DNA of 64,000 nucleotides from Azolla caroliniana. Taxonomy: Eukaryota; Plantae; Polypodiophyta. Below the pieces are notes generated by a model. The model was not told the DNA's origin. It searched no databases and saw only the letters and a list, made by a program, of their open reading frames with translations. This document shows, one piece after another, positions 47,701-58,579 of this stretch. Both the position numbers and the translations under genes were made by a program. The DNA is taken from NCBI GenBank assembly GCA_043228905.1, contig JBHGNT010000004.1, positions 8,370,001 through 8,434,000 on the forward strand, in the 5' to 3' direction. How positions within the stretch are numbered: position 1 is the stretch's first letter; each line of letters starts with the position of its first letter.

Positions 47701-50015
47701 ACATTTATCTTACCATTAGGGCTACTACCAAGCAGTTTAAATGTTATGTTTCTCATATTCAAAAGGCATAGGAAAGAACCGTACAAACCTATGTGCAAAA
47801 AACCATGGTTCCAAGACCATGGTTTTGTGCATGCCACAAGAAAAACCGTGTGCCTAAAAACCATGGGTCCAAGCCCATGGTTTTGTGTGTGTTAGAAGCA
47901 TGGATAGACCTATAAAAACCCTTGTAAGGCTTGTGTAAGGGGGGGCTCAATATGTGATATCACCATCACCACAATCATAAATATAATAGTCTTATTTATC
48001 TTTTTGTAATTAATCATCTTCGCTCAAGTGTATCAGTTTTCTTAATCTTTTCAAGTGTTACATTGTCTTCCTAGACTCAAACATCCAGATCATTGTCTTT
48101 TAAGGTCATCAAACGTCCTCCTCGGTCCGAGACCCCGGTGGTCCAGCTCAAGTAGCACACGCATGCCAGCATCTTCACAACAATGGAAGGCGGTGTTGCT
48201 TCCTTGAGCCTTCCGGTCAATGAATTTTTGCAATCCTAGAACTACCTGTTTTGACTGCAAGTCTTGAAGTGGTTGATACCTGAAGTGGCCGATTTGCTTG
48301 CGCCACAAGTCAATATCTAACTCGACTTTTTGTTCTTTTGTGAACAAGGTACTACCTACGTTGTTGGTGTCGAGGATGAACATCCTCCTGTCCCGTAGCC
48401 CTTGCACGATGATCCAACCTTCTTCCTCAATGAAGGACCCGAGGTGTGTAAAACGCACTTGCATTCCCTGGTTGACGATCTGACCAACCGATACCAGGTT
48501 CTTTGTGATTATCAGGACGTGAAGCACATTCATAAGCTTCCCTTTTTGTTCGACATGACTCAAGGGAATTTCTTTGACATTTACGATCGGGTGAGGAGTG
48601 TCGCCTCTGGGTTTTCTAGATATGAGAACCACTCTTCGTGGCTCGTCATGTGGTTAGATGCTCCCGAGTCAACGTACCACACTTCCTCCGATTTGTAAGT
48701 GGTCTTCTTCATTGAGTTTGCCTTGTGTTTCATCACAGAGGCTGGCCCTTTTCTGGTCTTTCGGGTTTCGGGTCCTCTTGATCCCTCGACGTAGTGCGAG
48801 TTTTGCAAGTTCCCTAGTTTGGCATTACCAGATCTGGATTTATCTGAATTGGTGTGATTCTTCCAACACTCGCTTTCTCTGTTGCCCTTTCGGCCACAAT
48901 ACCAACATTCTGAGTCGGCCTTCGATTGCCGGTTTCCTGCGCCACCTCGACTCCCCCTATTTGTGGAGGGTCTGGAACTAATGTCGGCACTATCTCTGTG
49001 CCTCCGGTTCTGCTCTTGTCGGCTGCCGGTATTGTGTGCCAACCCCCCACGTCATCCACACCCATAGGGCTGATCCGCCTCCGTGTATGGCATCTGGTTG
49101 TCCAATTGAGTGGTCCTTGACCCACTCACGTGGTTTTTTTCGACCACGAGCATCAATTGCAGGTCGAGCATCAATTGTCGTCTGGATTGGCCTGTACTGG
49201 TGTTCTAGACCACCGAGGTAGATTTGGACCATCTCATCATCGTCCACCGTCACATGGATGGAACCAAGCGCGTTGCAAATCTCCTTTATCTTGGTGGTGT
49301 AGTTGGTGACCGACATGTCCCGTTTCCGGATATTGTTGAGCTCTTGTTGGAGCTGCAACTTCTGAGCTGTGGTATTTATGGCGAAAATCTTTTGGAGATT
49401 TTCCCAGCCCTCCTTTTGTGACTTTGCGTCTCTGATGTAGCCGAGCATCTAGTCGTGCACACAACACACGAGGCAGTACAACACTTTGCTAGCTCCTTGC
49501 TACCATACCGGGAATTCCTTGTGTGCCGAATCCAGCGCTGCTACATTTGCTCCTTCCATGTATCTCCAATATCCATGCCCTAGCAGGTACTGGTGCATTT
49601 TATACGACAAAGATGCATAATTGCTCCAGTCGATCTTTTCTGTTGGAAGAGAGCTCGTCATGCTTTTGTCCATATCTTCCTTCCTGTTCTTTACTGGGTT
49701 TTAGGGTTTGTCTGTGACCGTCACTCATCGACAGCAGAGGATTCTCAACCCTCACGCTCTGATACCATCTAAAAGTTAATCTGTGGTAACTTTGATAAAA
49801 CGGCTCAACCGGATAACAATAGTAAAACAAGAGAGAATACATAGTACACAGGAGAGACATAGAGAGCAGAATAGGATAAACTCAATTCAAAATAATAACA
49901 CTCTGCAGATACAAGTCCTTAAAAGGACTGACAAAAGTACTGACATGTACTTCAATGCTCATACGAGCGACTAACACTAACTGTAAGGAATATCCCTACG
50001 TACTAGGCTCAAACC
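44776..50015 (-). mobile_element. Decayed copia (partial LTR, PBS, gag, protease, start of integrase), interrupted at 44996-48182
   Basis: PBS-Met rc 49756-49767, CWYCGRKGNRESEC, WYVDSGASNHM. GKQHRLP|FSTERN is split by the insertion, followed by HSDVWGP...FIDDYSR. Confidence 0.85.
44996..48182 (+). mobile_element. Non-autonomous gypsy-like LTR element with tRNA-Trp PBS (gag-like remnant, no pol)
   Basis: 5' LTR 44996-45638 (TGTCGTG...CATGACA), 3' LTR 5'-truncated at about 47672-48182. PBS TGGTGAACCCGACGTGAA 45644-45661. Decayed gag-like frames and an acidic/charged region follow. Confidence 0.8.
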
Positions 50016-50670
50016 GTAGAATGTTTGTTTGATCATCTATTTGGATGATACACTGGTTTATTCGAAGACCCAAGAAGAGCATGATTCTCATGTATTGTTA
50101 GTACTAAAACGACTTCGAGAACATGGTCTTTATGCAAAGCTGGAAAAATGTAGTTTCGAGTGCAACCAGGTAGAATTTCTGGGCTATGTCATTTCCTCGG
50201 AAGGCATCTCCATGGATCCCGCTAAGGTCAAAATGGTGGTAGAGTGGCAGACTCTGCGTTCATTGCGAGGTGTGCAATGCTTTTTAGGCTTTGCCAATTT
50301 CTACCGCAAGTTTACACAGGATTACTCAAAGCTTGTTCAACCGCTCACACAGCTCACCAGGAAGGGACAATTGTTTGTTTGGTCTAAAGAAGAAGACATG
50401 GCTTTTGAAGTTCTTAAGAAGGCATTTACATCAGCTCCTATTCTGGCTCATGTTGATCCGGAAAAACCATTCATCATCGAAGCAACACGATTGTAAGCAA
50501 CACAAGTCTTCGGTATGCCCTTGGATTCCCACGTTATCAATACCATACGTGAGGACTTGAAGACAGATGCTTTCGCCCAAGCCATTCTAGCACAAATTGA
50601 TCCCTCTCGAGCATCTTGTTCATAGTCGAAACAACCAGGTACGAACTATCGACAATTCGAATGTTGGGAT

Positions 50671-51107
50671 TGTTGTTCGCCGGAATAGTAACCGACGGAC
50701 AAGAGCGTAGGAATAAGAAATAATATAAGATCATAACGCATGTAACGGTTCACGCAGGAAGCGCGAACGGCTAAATAGACCCTGCGTATATAAAGGGCAG
50801 AAAACCTCTAATAGAGGGAGCGTGTATTTTGAAATGTAAAGAAGTGTATCGTAATAGAATTCTATCTTCTCTGAAAGTCTGCGTATAGCTACGGCTAATC
50901 TATTGTGTGTTTGGAACACCTGAGCATGTAAGAACATAAGTGTAACCATTGCTAAGGAGTCGGTTGTAGCCGTCTCCCTTATACGTTCATAGGTTATGGG
51001 GAACATTCCCCTACGCATTACGCATAAACGCCCCATTTGTTGTTCCATAACCACTTGGAGGTCTAGGTCAAAGGACTGACCGCAAACCATGTTCCTAATC
51101 GGTAACA
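50671..51107 (-). mobile_element. Probable solo LTR of another family, inserted in gypsy pol
   Basis: Ends TGTTG/TAACA and interrupts the QFECWD|GLLFFKK frame. The TSD is imperfect (GGGAT/ATGAT). Confidence 0.6.
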
Positions 51108-52212
51108 ATGATGGATTACTATTCTTTAAGAAACTCTTGTTTGTTCCTTATGGTTCTTGTTGCCTTCGAGTAGTCCAAAACTGTCATGACACATATACAG
51201 TTGGGCATTTTGGTAGTACTAAAACATTAGATTTAGTACAACGATCATTTTGGTGGTCCCATATGTGACAATTTGTCGAAGATTTTGTTTAGACTTGTGA
51301 TACATGTTGCAGAGCAAAACTATCAAAGGCATAATCCACATGGTTTATTAGAACTATTACCAATTCCAAGCAAGCCGTGACAATCCATTGCTCTAGATTT
51401 CATCACACATCTTCTGGTCTCTAAGGGATTCGATGCGATCTTAACAGTAGTAGATCGATATACGAAGATGGCCCATTTCCTGCCATCTACTAAGGAAATC
51501 TCCAGTGAGGAAACCGCCGAAACTGTCATGTGTGAAGTATGTTGGCATCATGGCCTTCCCAATAGTATCATCAGCGACCGTGAACCCCAATTTGTCTCGA
51601 AATTCTGGAAGCACCTCTTTAAAATTCTCAAGGTCACTTGTAACCTCTCTTCCAACTACCACCCGCAAACAGACGACCAACCAAAACGAACGAACGAAAC
51701 GTTGGAGCAGTATCTTCGGTGCTATCATAAGGATGACTGGGCAGATATTCTCCACTTCGCCGAATTTGTGTATAATAACTCTGTCCACTTCGGTTACACC
51801 ATTTTATGCTTATACGGGCTATCACCCCCGGTTGTGTGTATTTGAAACTCCAAAGTTATCCACAAATCCTTGCGTAGAGGATCGTTTGGAGCAGTTACGC
51901 AAGATACAAGCAGATTTATTTACTCATCTACAACCTGCTCAACAAACACACATGGTTTACGTGGATCGTCATCGGCTTCAATCAAGTTTTTAACATTGGA
52001 GATCGGATATGGCTACTTCGACGACACATCAAGACTACTCGCCCATGCGAGAAGTTGGATTATCGACGATTAGGTCCTTTCCGTATTATTGGAAAAATTA
52101 ATGATGTCGATTTTCGTCTAGATCTACCTCCACAACTTCGGATACATCCGATGTTTTCATAGTTCTCTTCTCTAACCCTATCAAGACAACACCATCCTAG
52201 GTCATATTAAAC

Positions 52213-52986
52213 TGTTAGGATCTCGGTCCCTCCGGATGGGATACGGAGTACCCGGCAACGGAAGACCCGGTCAGAACCGGATGTAGAGTACCCGACAACG
52301 GAAGACCCGGTGAGAACCGGATGTGGAGTACCCGACAAGGAAGACCCGGTGAGAACCGGATGATAAGTACCCGGCAAGGAAGACCCGGTCAGAATCGGAT
52401 GACGAGTACCCGGCAAGGAAGACCCGGTGAGAACTGGATGATGCAGACCCAGTGATAACCGAATGACGAGTAGCCGACAAGGAAGACCCGATGAGAACCG
52501 GATGTTGCAGGCCTGGTAAGAACCCTCATCGGATGGAAGGGACATATATGTAAATATGTTCTAGAGTGCCCACTGGGACTATATTTGTAAATTGCCCGAA
52601 AGTCATATTAGTATAATTATGACTTAGGGCAAACTTAATAGTTATGATGATAGAGTTACTGGTGTAACTTCTATACAATGCGTAAGAGTGAGAGAGAGAG
52701 AGCGATATACAGAGATTGTGTCTCTATTGTAACCGCCGCTAGGCGAAGATTGTGAGCAAGAGGTTGTTGCCTTTGTGCTCCCTGCTGTATTTATTTGACA
52801 TAGTGATAGTTTGGAGTCTGTGGACTCCCGTGGTTTTTCCCTCTCAGGGTTTTCCACATTAACATCCTGTGTATTCTCTTTTTGTTTTGCATACTTACCC
52901 CCATTCCCATTTCTTCTGTGTTTGATCGTCATCAAGTGATCTACGCCTTGGTTGTGGCCGGAGATTATTCCGCATATTTCTCGTCA
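52213..52986 (+). mobile_element. Solo LTR (774 bp), Tork-like family, 39-40-bp U3 repeats
   Basis: TGTTAG...CGTCA with perfect TSD TAAAC (52208-52212 and 52987-52991). Confidence 0.94.
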
Positions 52987-53822
52987 TAAACAACCTCCAC
53001 CCTTGATCGAACTTGAAGATGGACCTGAGTACGAGGTTGCCACCATCCTCGATTCCAATTGTTTGCAACAAGCTCTACTATTTAGTCAATAGGCTAGGAT
53101 ATAGTCCCACTGAGCATACTTGGGAACCAATAGAGAATGTGACCAATGCTCGTGCTCTTCTTGAAGACTTCCATCGTTAATATCCAAGCAAACCGGGTCC
53201 TCGATCGAAAACGACTCGTGACACTTGTCGTTTTAAAGGGGGGATAGTGTCATGATATGGCAAGACTTGAAACCATGACCTTATGTTACATGGGTCAAGC
53301 TCTTAACCATTAGACTATATGTTTTAATAGGAAGGATATTATTTTCATTTAAGTTTTACTATAGAAAATTGATGTATATTCCAGATTTCTCTAGAAGATC
53401 TCTCTCTCGCTTCCTCGTCTTTGTGTAACGACTCTCTCTGCCGCTGCTATCGCCGTTTAGTGTCGTCGCCGTCACCGTCGCCGTTGTCTGCAGCCGCTGC
53501 CTGCTGCCGACTGTTGTTGTCGTCGTCCGACGACTACCGCTGTCTGCGGCCGTCGCCGTCTACTACCATCTGCAGCTTCTGCCGTCTGCTGCCGTCTGCT
53601 ACCATTGTTTGACGACTGTTGCCGTCACCGTCGCCGTCGCGGGGTGTTTCTTCTCCATTTTCTCTTGACATTGTGAAGTGCCATTTTCTGGACGAGTTCG
53701 TGGGTGGGTTCTTTTGGTGTGCTCGTCGCGTGCTTCAAAATGCCGATGTGATTGCGACATACACACAAACTTGGCTAAGTCTCGAACCCATTTATTTTAC
53801 TTTTTTTCTTATTGACACCACA

Positions 53823-54623
53823 ATGACGTCTAAACGAACCAAGGAACATAAGGATATACAAGACGAGGCTATAAGAAAAGAGGACTTTTTAGATATGTTT
53901 AATCGTTTAACAAAAATAGAGATGGATATGAAAAAATGGGTGAAAGACACCGAAACCCACAAGAAAAAAGATAGAGAGGAAAAAGACGCCCTCAAGGCCG
54001 AAATAGAACAACTTAAAGTGGAAAACACCGACCTTAAAAAACAACTTAAGGACATCGAGGTATCTCGAGAAGACGGTGAAATATCCTCTATAGAGGATAT
54101 AAAGGACGAAATTAAAAAAGTTAATAATAACATAGAGTTAGCTAAAATGGGTTGGGTAGATGTGGTTAAAAGAAACATGAAAAAAGAAATAAAAGATGAA
54201 AATATTGTTAATACCACCCTTGAAGAAGAGAAAATGCGTTAGGCCCGACACTTAAATGTACGTGTCATTGGGCTCAAGGAAGGTGCATCCCCAAATGAGG
54301 ACGCACAAACACTTGGGAAAATGTTAGGGTACACAGAGGCCCTACCTATCACCAAAGCATGGAGGGCCGGGCGTGACACAACTAGGAAGAGAGCCTTAGT
54401 CCTTCAATTTAAAGACTTAGACTCTAGAATCACTTTCTTTAAGAAGAGACCAATCCTTCGAGGAATGGGTGGGGACCCCATCTATCTCGATGAAGACCTC
54501 ACTAAGATGCAAATTGAGCATCGCAAGAGTTGTATGCCACAAGTTATGCAAGCTCGTAAAGAAGGCCATCGCGCCTTTTACCGAGACGGGCGAGTGATCA
54601 TAAATGATCGCACTACTAATTGA
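53823..54623 (+). pseudogene. LINE ORF1 (coiled coil plus NVRVIGLKE RRM-like region), one premature stop
   Basis: Two ORFs in the same frame are separated by a single TAG at 54240-54242. Confidence 0.8.
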
Positions 54624-54659
54624 CGGCGTGTGGCCCATGTGACAGAAAGTGCACTTAGG

Positions 54660-57600
54660 ATGACCCTATGGAATTGTAACAGTGCACTCTGGGCACACCC
54701 CGGCCGCCTAGAGGAGATACTAAAGGTATCTGAGATACTTTTCTTGGTAGAAACACATCAGAGCCCAAATAGAGGACTCCCACGGGTCGAAGGATTCCGT
54801 TGGGAGTCCACTTTTAGACAAACCTCACGTCGACACACTACTAGGGGATCTGGAGGTGTCGCGATACTGTTTCGTAGAGAGCTACATAATAGGATAGAAA
54901 TAATGAAGATAGACCCAGAAGCTCGTTTTATGTGGGTGAAAGTCTCCACAGGCAAAGACCAGGCAATATTTTTCGCCATTTGTTACTTTCCCCCAAAAGT
55001 ATCCCGTTATAATATTGGTGGCTTGGCAAGATTAGTCGATGAAGGAATGCCACATGGACCTTCTCCATACGAACCCCTATCGAATGACATAATCCGATAT
55101 TCTTCCCAAGGAGAAGTATTTCTTGTAGGAGACTACAATGCGAGAACCCAATCCCGACAATGCACAATATTTCAGATGAATAGAAACCTAGAAATGGTAA
55201 ATGTTGATCCTTTAGACATAGGCACCACACATAGATCAAAGGATCAAGGTGCGGACGCCACGAGCTTTGGCCATCATCTGCTCGAACTTGGCAGTCGGCA
55301 CCGGATGGTCATATATAATGGTTTAGCTAAGTGGCCGGGCTCGGAAGAGCTCACATGTTTCCCACATGGAGGAGGGGAGAGCACAGTTGACTATCTAATA
55401 GGGCGCCCTGAAGCTACCCACATGATTAACTCCTTCCGAGTGGCCCCATGCCCTATTGGCGCAGACCATAGTTTCTTATACTTCAAGCTAAAATGTGATA
55501 TCTCTAAGGTCACCAAGTCTAGTCAACCATGCCATCACACCACAATACATTTCACACATGAGCTCTCTGACATATACTCTCAACATGTTCAGGCTCATCT
55601 CCCCTCCCTCGATCCCTCCCTACCGTTAGAAAGCCTTAGTACAAAACTCACACACATCCTTCACTCCGCAGCAGCTAGCAGTTTCCCATATACAAAACAC
55701 TCAAATCAAGGTAGATCAGGATCAATGCCACAAAATAAATGGTATGACGAGGATTGTAGGGACTTACATAGACAACTTACAGTATCGCAACTCAATGGTA
55801 GTATTACCTCCATACAAGCTCGCAAAGAAATGCACAAGATGACACTCGTAAGAGACGAGCGTGGGAGGCATCCCAATATTGGGAACTCTACCATATGCTC
55901 ATGAGTAGCGATTGCGCCACGACATGGAAGAGACTATGGGAGCCAAGACCACAAACACCCATCAAAGATCCCGAAACTTGGCACACATATACAGAGAGAC
56001 TTTACCAAATCCCAAACCAACCACCCATTCCAATGCCTTCCACACCCCGGCCTACCACGGGGACACTTTTCACGACCTCTAGGGTCGTGAAGGTCATAAA
56101 GAAATTACAACATAGGAAGTCCATGGACCACATAGGATTGCGAGCAGAACACATTATATATGCGAGAGAGTGCCTAGCTCCCTTGCTAACTCTAATCTTC
56201 AATCGTGCCCTTCCGGAGGGTTTTCCACCACAGTGGACTATGAATACAGTGGCCCCCATACATAAAGGGGGGGACCCCATGGACCCAAATACATATAAGA
56301 CCATTATGATAGGCCATACCCTTGCTAAGTTATATGGTGCAGTAATGGAAGCAGAGCTTAGCGACTATATGGAGACCCTAAACCTTCGTGCACCTGAACA
56401 AGCTGGAATTAGACGAGCCTTCTCCACTATTGATCATATCTTCACACTTAGATGCCTAATTGACCAAACTAAGGCTCGCAAGAAGAAATTATATTGTTGT
56501 TTTGTGGACTTCCGCAAACCCTTTGACAGAGTCCCTAGAGAGCGGTTGTTTGATAGACTTAAAAGCTTGAGGATACCAGATGATATGCTATGGGCCATCT
56601 ACGCACTATATGAACAAGTGTCCGGGTGTGTCCGATGCCCAGGTGGCCTATCTAATCGTTTCATTAGCCCTATTGGTGTAAAACAAGGTTGCCCCCTATC
56701 ACTGACGCTTTTTGGGATCTACATTGATGAGATCACAGATTTTATTGCTCGTGAGGGAGGCACCGGAGTGGTCCTTGGGGATATGCAGGTTCGTATCTTG
56801 CTCTATGCGGATGACATAGTTTTGCTCTCTGAATCCGAACACGACCTACAAAGGCACCTTAATGCTAGATGACTTTTGTGTACAACGAGGATTGGTAGTG
56901 AATCTAGGGAAAACGAAAGTCCTTATCTTCCACACATCGGCCCAAGTTAGAGCTAAGTGTCACCTAACTATCTCCCATAGCCCAGTCGAGGTGGTTGGAT
57001 CATATGTCTATCTCGGAGTCACTTTTAGTGCCCGCTCAGGTAAATTTTCGATGACATAGGCAGCGAAGGATAGACTCATGAGAGGACATGCATCCCTCTC
57101 ACTCCTAGAGAGACAATGCCACCAAGCACACTTTCAAGAGCCACGGACTAAAGGGTGGCTCTTTGATTCATTAGTGACCCCCTCCCTCATGTATGCATCA
57201 GCGGTTTGGGCTCCAGGATTACCATCTTTCATGTGGACGCAATTAGAGAGACCATTGGTGATGATGCTATCATGCCAACTCCGAAGCAAATCGACTGTAC
57301 CACATGACATTATTAGGGCTGAGTTCACGTTACCCCCAATGTTAGTAGAGGCACTTTTTCAACTTGTAGTCTTCATTCACAGGATACATAGCCAACCACA
57401 TGATAGAATATCTCATCAAGCCTTTAAGGCCTCTCGATCATTGTATGAGTCCGGCTATACTAGCTCATGGTATGGCATGATGGTGAGTTGGCTTCTTGCG
57501 AATGGTCTAGACATTATAACCTACCTCCCCTTAGGTACAACCACACGAGTGATAACACTTTAATCTCTCATGAGGACCGCAATAAAGTAATACGCCAAGA

Positions 57601-58369
57601 AATATGGCAAATTTACACTCGGTGTAAATGGATCACCCCACTAGAGTCACTCCCATCTAAAATGTTGTACTATAAGAAACACTTCATGCACTTCTCTGAC
57701 TTAGGTTTTATCACGCGGCCAAAATATGTAGATGTATTCTTACCACATGCACTAAGGGTTACCATTGGACAACTTAGAATATCATCTCACCAACTTGAGA
57801 TTGAGAATGGCCGTACTAGTGGAGTCCCTAGGGAGGAAAGGATATGTAGGTTATGTCACATAGAGATAGAGGATGAGTACCACTTTACATGCAAGTGTCC
57901 AACCTATGCCGAGATCAGGGCAAAATACCAAGACATACTTGGTTCGTCTCCCACCCTCCCCAAACTATTAGATACTCTAGATATAAAGAAATTAGGCAAA
58001 TACATTCTAGAGCTAAAACAACACAGAGAGAATAAGTTACAAAATGTTGACAATAATGTTGCTAATGATCATGAACATGTAACAAATGAAGTTTTTCAGG
58101 AACAGGAGGAGACAACGAATGTCGACACACTTGCACCACTCGGCCTTTCCATCGATGAGGCAGAAAACCAGAGAAGAACCAGACATCCTCGGGTGCCGGG
58201 TTTCAAAGTAACTCGACGTGATGTGGAAGCAATATTGAAAATAAGGGAACGTGAGCTACACCGCCTAGAAGCCATGGCTAGGGCACTCTCTACATTGGAA
58301 CCACGGGTCACACCCACATCAAGACCCTTTGACCCCCCACTTCTTTTCGAGAGGCTTGGGTGGAAATAA
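54660..58369 (+). pseudogene. LINE ORF2 (APE endonuclease, RT), frameshifted
   Basis: LWNCNS, LVETH, GDYNAR, VDYL, ADH, FVDFRKPFD, GVKQGCPLS, LYADD, YLGV. Frameshifts at about 55890, 56865 and 57520, and a stop at 57057. Confidence 0.88.
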
Positions 58370-58579
58370 AATTAGGCTTAGTGTATAGTCACTTTCAAGT
58401 ATACTACGTATTGTACACTACTAGAACACCTTTAGTTTAAGTTCTATTTTTTACTTAATTTTATTTTAGTTATGATGACTGGATAAATACCCTTTTGTTG
58501 TAAACCAATTGTCTCATGGTCCAAATTTGGCCTTAGAAGACGTTAATATATATCTTTCTTTCTTTCTTTCTTTCTTTCT

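Larger units (their letters stand above)
50020..53400 (+). mobile_element. Decayed Ty3/gypsy chromovirus pol (RT, integrase, chromodomain), PPT and start of 3' LTR
   Basis: YLDD, KLEKCSF, FLGFANFYRKF, HGLPNSIISDR, YHPQTD. Chromodomain-like EYEVATILDS...TWEPIENV at about 53030-53190. PPT AAGGGGGGATAG, LTR TGTCA from 53248. Confidence 0.9.
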
